From Escherichia coli (lineage in GTDB: Bacteria; Pseudomonadota; Gammaproteobacteria; Enterobacterales; Enterobacteriaceae): a stretch of 64,000 nt of DNA. A program made the translations under genes and the position numbers. The DNA is taken from assembly GCF_044324785.1 (NCBI RefSeq), contig NZ_CP172127.1. One strand, given 5' to 3'. Positions 63,976 to 64,000 of the stretch are shown here, piece after piece. Each line of letters begins with the position of its first letter. The stretch's first letter is position 1. The notes below the pieces were generated by a model. The model was not told the origin of the DNA. It saw nothing but the letters and a program-made list of their open reading frames with translations, and did not search any database.

Positions 63976-64000
63976 AGATTTCTCCTTTTAAAAAAGCACT

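Overview
Reading the sequence by eye against the ORF track (no tools), this window is an Escherichia coli-type chromosomal segment, followed by one arm of a defective lambdoid prophage. From memory, it lies in reverse-complement orientation relative to the usual MG1655 numbering. Positions 1-50111 are conserved core genes in the familiar order: add (partial), malY, malX, malI, hdhA, uidR, uidA, uidB, uidC, ydgA, manA, fumA, fumC, tus with its TerB site, rstB, rstA, ydgC, folM, ydgI, ydgH, pntA, pntB, tqsA, mdtJ, mdtI, ydgD, ydgU, asr, ynfM, ynfL, mlc, ynfK, clcB, dmsD, ynfH, ynfG, ynfF, ynfE, ynfD, ynfC, speG, ynfB, ynfA, rspA, rspB. From about 50170 to the window end is a Qin/Kim-like prophage arm inserted in ydfJ: integrase, excisionase-like gene, a frameshifted RecE-family exonuclease, ydfD-like, dicB, the DicF sRNA, ydfC/B/A, a DicA/DicC immunity switch with palindromic operators, a replication gene with embedded ori iterons, a methyltransferase-like gene with an in-frame stop, a run of decayed ORFs, an unrecognised small two-helix membrane ORF, an IS481/ISNCY-like transposase pseudogene carrying a nested IS903 with 9-bp target duplication, and flxA. 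I saw no rRNA, tRNA or CRISPR array. I do not see a clearly novel multi-gene system; the best candidates for follow-up are the orphan small membrane ORF at 60285-60464, the apparent ATT start of ynfH, and the less-decayed state of this prophage arm compared with my recollection of K-12. All gene identities rest on my recognition of translated sequences and gene order, not on database searches.
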